From: Squalus acanthias | Lineage: Eukaryota | Length of the DNA: 64,000 bases | NCBI GenBank assembly: GCA_030390025.1 | Contig: CM059432.1 | Span: 15,688,001 to 15,752,000 of the forward strand | Reading direction: 5' to 3' | In this document: one piece after another, positions 60,625-64,000 of the stretch | Layout: each line of letters starts with the position of its first letter | Numbering within the stretch: position 1 is the first letter of the stretch | Made by a program: the position numbers and the translations under genes | Notes under the pieces: model-generated | The model's input: the letters and a program-made list of their open reading frames with translations, nothing else | What the model was told of the DNA's origin: nothing | Databases searched by the model: none

Positions 60625-63283
60625 GGCAGCAAAGGGTAGGGCCTATTAGAGATCATGAGGGTAATCTGTGTGTGGAGGCGGGAGAGGTCGGTAGGGTTCT
60701 TAATGAATACTGTGCGTCTGTTTTCACAAAGGAGAGGGGCGAAGCAGACATTGCTGTCAGGGAGGAAGCGTGTGAAACATTAGATGAAATAAACATAGTG
60801 AGAGAGGAAGTATTAAGGGGTTTAGCAGCTTTAAAAGTGGATAAATCCCCAGGCCCGGATGAAATGTATCCCAGGCTGTTATGCAAAGCAAAAGAGGAAA
60901 TAGCAGAGGCTCTGATCATCATTTTCCAATCCTCTCTGGCTTCAGGTGTGGTGCTGGAGGACTGCTAATGTGTTTTTTTTTTATTCGTTTATGGGATCAG
61001 GGCGTCGCTGGCAAGGCCAACATTTATTGCCCATTCCCTAGTTGCCCTTGAGAAGGTGGTGGTAAGCCGCCTTCTTGAACCGCTGCAGTCCGTGTGGTGA
61101 TGGTACTCCCACAGTGCTGTTAGGTTGGGAGTTCCAGGATTTTGACCCAGCGATGATGAAGGATCAACGATATACTTCTAAGTCAGGATGGTGTGTGACT
61201 TGGAGGGGGACTTGGAGGGGAACTTGGAGGTGGTGGTGTTCCCATGCGCCTGCTGCCCTTGTCCTTCTAGGTGGAAGAGGTCGCAGGTTTGGGAGGTGCT
61301 GCCGAAGAAGCCTTGGCGAGTTGCTGCAGTGCATCTTGTAGATGGTACACACTGCAGCCACGGTACGCCAGTGGTGGAGGGAGTGAATGCTTAAGGTGGT
61401 GGATGGGGTGCCAATCAAGCGGGCTGCTTTGTCCTGGATGGTGTCGAGCTTCTTGAGTGTTGTTGGAGCTGCACTCATCCAGGCAAGTGGAGAGTATTCC
61501 ATCACACTCCTTACTTGTGCCTTGTAGATGATGGAAAGGCTTTGGGGAGTCAGGAGGTGAGACACTCGCCGCAGAATACCTAGCCTCTGACCTGCTCTTG
61601 TTGCCACAGTATTTATGTGGCTGGTCCAGTTAAGTTTCTGGTTAATGGTGACCCCCCAGGATGTTGATAGTGGGGGATTCGGCGATGGTAATGCCATTGA
61701 ATGTCAAGGGGAGGTGGTTAGACTCTCGCTTGTTGGAGATAGTCATTGCCTGGCACTTTTGTGGCGCGAATGTTACCTGCCAGTTGTCAGCCCAAGCCTG
61801 AATGTCGTCCAGGTCTTGTTGCATGCGGGCATGGACTGCTTTATTATCTCTCTCCCTTGTTTAAAAAGGGAGAAAAGGATAGACCGAGTAATTACAGGCT
61901 AGTCAGCCTAACCTCGGTGGTGGGAAAATTATTGGAAAGAATTCTGAAGGACAGGATAAATCTTCATTTAGAAAGACACGGATTAATCAAGGATAGTCAG
62001 CACGGATTTGTTAAGGGAAGGTCGTGTCTGACAAACTTGATTGAATTTTTTGAGGAGGTAATAAGGAGGGTAGATGAGGGTAGTGCGTTTGATGTAGTAT
62101 ATATGGACCTTAGCAAGGCTTTTGATAAGATCCACATGGCAGACTGGTCACAAAGTTAAAAGTCCATGGGATCCAGGGCAAAGTATCAAGTTGGATTCAA
62201 AACTGGCTCAGAGGCAGGAAGCAGAGGGTAATGGTTGATGGGTGTTTTTGTGACTGGAAGGCTGTTTCCAGTGGGGTTCCGCAGGGCTCAGTACTAGGTC
62301 CCTTGCTTTTTGTGGTACTGTATATATCAATGATCTGGACTTGAATATAGGGGGTATGATTAAGAAGTTTGCAGATGATACTAAAATCGGCTGTGTGGTT
62401 GATACTGAAGAAGGAAGCTGTAGACTGCAGGAAGATATCAATAAATTGGTCAGGTGGGCAGAACAGTGGCAAATGGAATTCAATCCGGAGAAGTGTGAGG
62501 TAATGCATTTGGGGAGGGCTAACAAGGAAAGGGAATACACATTAAATGATAGGACACTGAGTAGTGTAGAGGAACAAAGGGACCTTGGAGTGCATGCCCA
62601 CAGATCCCTGAAGGTAGCAGGCCAGGTAGATAAGGTGGTTAAGAAGGCATACGGAATGCTTACCTTTATTAGCCGTGGCATAGAATACAAGAGCAGGGGG
62701 GTTATGCTTGAACTGTATAAAACACTAGTTAGGCCTCAGCTAGAGTACTGCGTGCAGTTCTGGTCACCACATTACAGGAAAGATGTGATTGCACTAGAGA
62801 GGGTACAGAGGAGATTTACAAGGATGTTGCCGGGAGTAGAGAATCTTAGCTATGAGGAAAGACTGGATAGGCTGGGTCTGTTTTCCTTGGAACAGAGGAG
62901 GCTGAGGGGAGACCTTATTGAGGTGTATAAAATTATGAGGGGCATAGATAAAGTGGATAGAAAGGACCTATTTCCCTTAGCAGAGGGGTCAAAAACCAGG
63001 GGGCACAGATTTAAAGTAACTGGTGGAAGGTTTAGAGGGGATTTGAGGGGAAATTTCTTCACCCAGAGGGTTGTGGGGGTCTGGAACTCACTGCCTGAAA
63101 GGCTGGTAGAGGCAGGAACCCTAACCACATTTAAAAAGTACTTGGATGTGCACTTGGGATGCTCTAACCTGCAGGGCTACGGACCAAGAGCTGGGAAGTG
63201 GGATTAGGCTGGATAGCTCTTTGTTTACCGGCACGGACACGATGGGCTGAAATGGCCTCCTTCCGTGCTGTAACTTTCTATGA
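60625..63283 (+). mobile_element. 5'-truncated CR1 LINE (ORF2 RT region), interrupted by another LINE
   Basis: KSPGPDEMYPRLL; PLFKKG...NYR.VSLTSVVGK; QHGFVKGRSCLTNL; D.SKAFDK; KFADDTK (ORF 62341-63207); CR1 tail ttctatgattct; frameshifts present. Confidence 0.93.
60973..61847 (-). mobile_element. 'AAHHHLLKGN' family LINE nested in the CR1
   Basis: ORFs 61164-61697 and 61642-61824; CR1 sequence resumes at ~61848. Confidence 0.88.
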
Positions 63284-64000
63284 TTCTCCAATATGTCGGG
63301 CAGGAAGCGCACACTCGTCACGAGCCGGATGTGTGCCACCAGTCATATTGGTAAAGGCCAAATAATTGTCAGGCAGTGCCCATGCCTTTCCATATGCTAA
63401 TAAGGGAACTAATGCCTTTTTTAGGCCCCCCCACTGCAAGATTGGTTTACCTTGAGGCAGCCGGCACTGGCTGTACTGAGAAAAACCAGGTCTACAAGCG
63501 GCCTGACTGTACCCCTCCCGACCCCACATTCAAAGAACGTGGGCCGCTTTCAACAACTGCCCCCCACCTCCTCCGACCCCTCCGAGACCGTCACCACCGC
63601 TACCTCCTCCCGGGCGCCACTACCTCACGACCTGATTACCTCACCACCCCCCGCCTTATCGACCCGGTCACCCACCCCCACAACCCCCCCCATCCCCAAT
63701 GGCCCCCTATCCTTTGAATCACTTACCTGTGGGTCGCTGCTGACATCCCAGTAGCCCAATCTTCACCGGCGAGCTGCCCGTTACTGTCCGCAGTTCATTG
63801 GCTCAATGGTAGCAAGGCCTGAGGCCCAATATTGGGTGTGCCTCGTGCCTCACCATTCAGGCACAGAGATAGTTCTGCGTGGCCAGAAAGGTCGAACGGT
63901 TTTGAGAGGACAGGTAGTGAAGGGTTCTTTCCACTGGTTGGAAAACGGGTACAAGGGACATAAATTTAGGATCAGCACTACGCATAAAGAGAAAGATTAG

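Noticed and set aside
62341..63207. 288-aa ORF as a host gene or active retrotransposon
   Set aside because: It is the C-terminal part of CR1 ORF2 in a 5'-truncated, frameshifted and interrupted copy
58125..64000. Next LAMA1 exon (LE domain, CQCEHNTCG-type)
   Set aside because: No such peptide was found; it presumably lies beyond the window

Overview
Vertebrate genomic DNA, most likely from a cartilaginous fish (shark), judged from the repeat families: a SacSINE1/DeuSINE-like SINE, CR1, L2, RTE, Penelope and Harbinger. The whole window lies inside one + strand gene, laminin subunit alpha-1 (LAMA1). Five small coding exons of the N-terminal LN domain (1142-1312, 8082-8194, 44852-45094, 57320-57499, 58035-58124) splice in frame across GT-AG introns of 6.8, 36.7, 12.2 and 0.5 kb. 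The introns are packed with transposon remnants, many of them nested. Five observations stand out. (i) A ~950-bp zero-spacer palindrome of two head-to-head Penelope 3' ends, each carrying a minimal hammerhead-ribozyme motif, flanked by a 12-bp TSD; a smaller Penelope-type hairpin has the same architecture. (ii) A 3.2-kb Harbinger that keeps a spliced Myb/SANT gene but has lost nearly all of its transposase, plus a MITE derivative. (iii) GC-rich Harbinger-type MITEs carrying promoter motifs and perfect 5' splice sites. (iv) A tRNA-Asp head joined to a Deu-domain SINE body. (v) A fossil HARBI1-like transposase. No prokaryotic systems or CRISPR arrays were seen. All family assignments come from motif recognition, not database searches.
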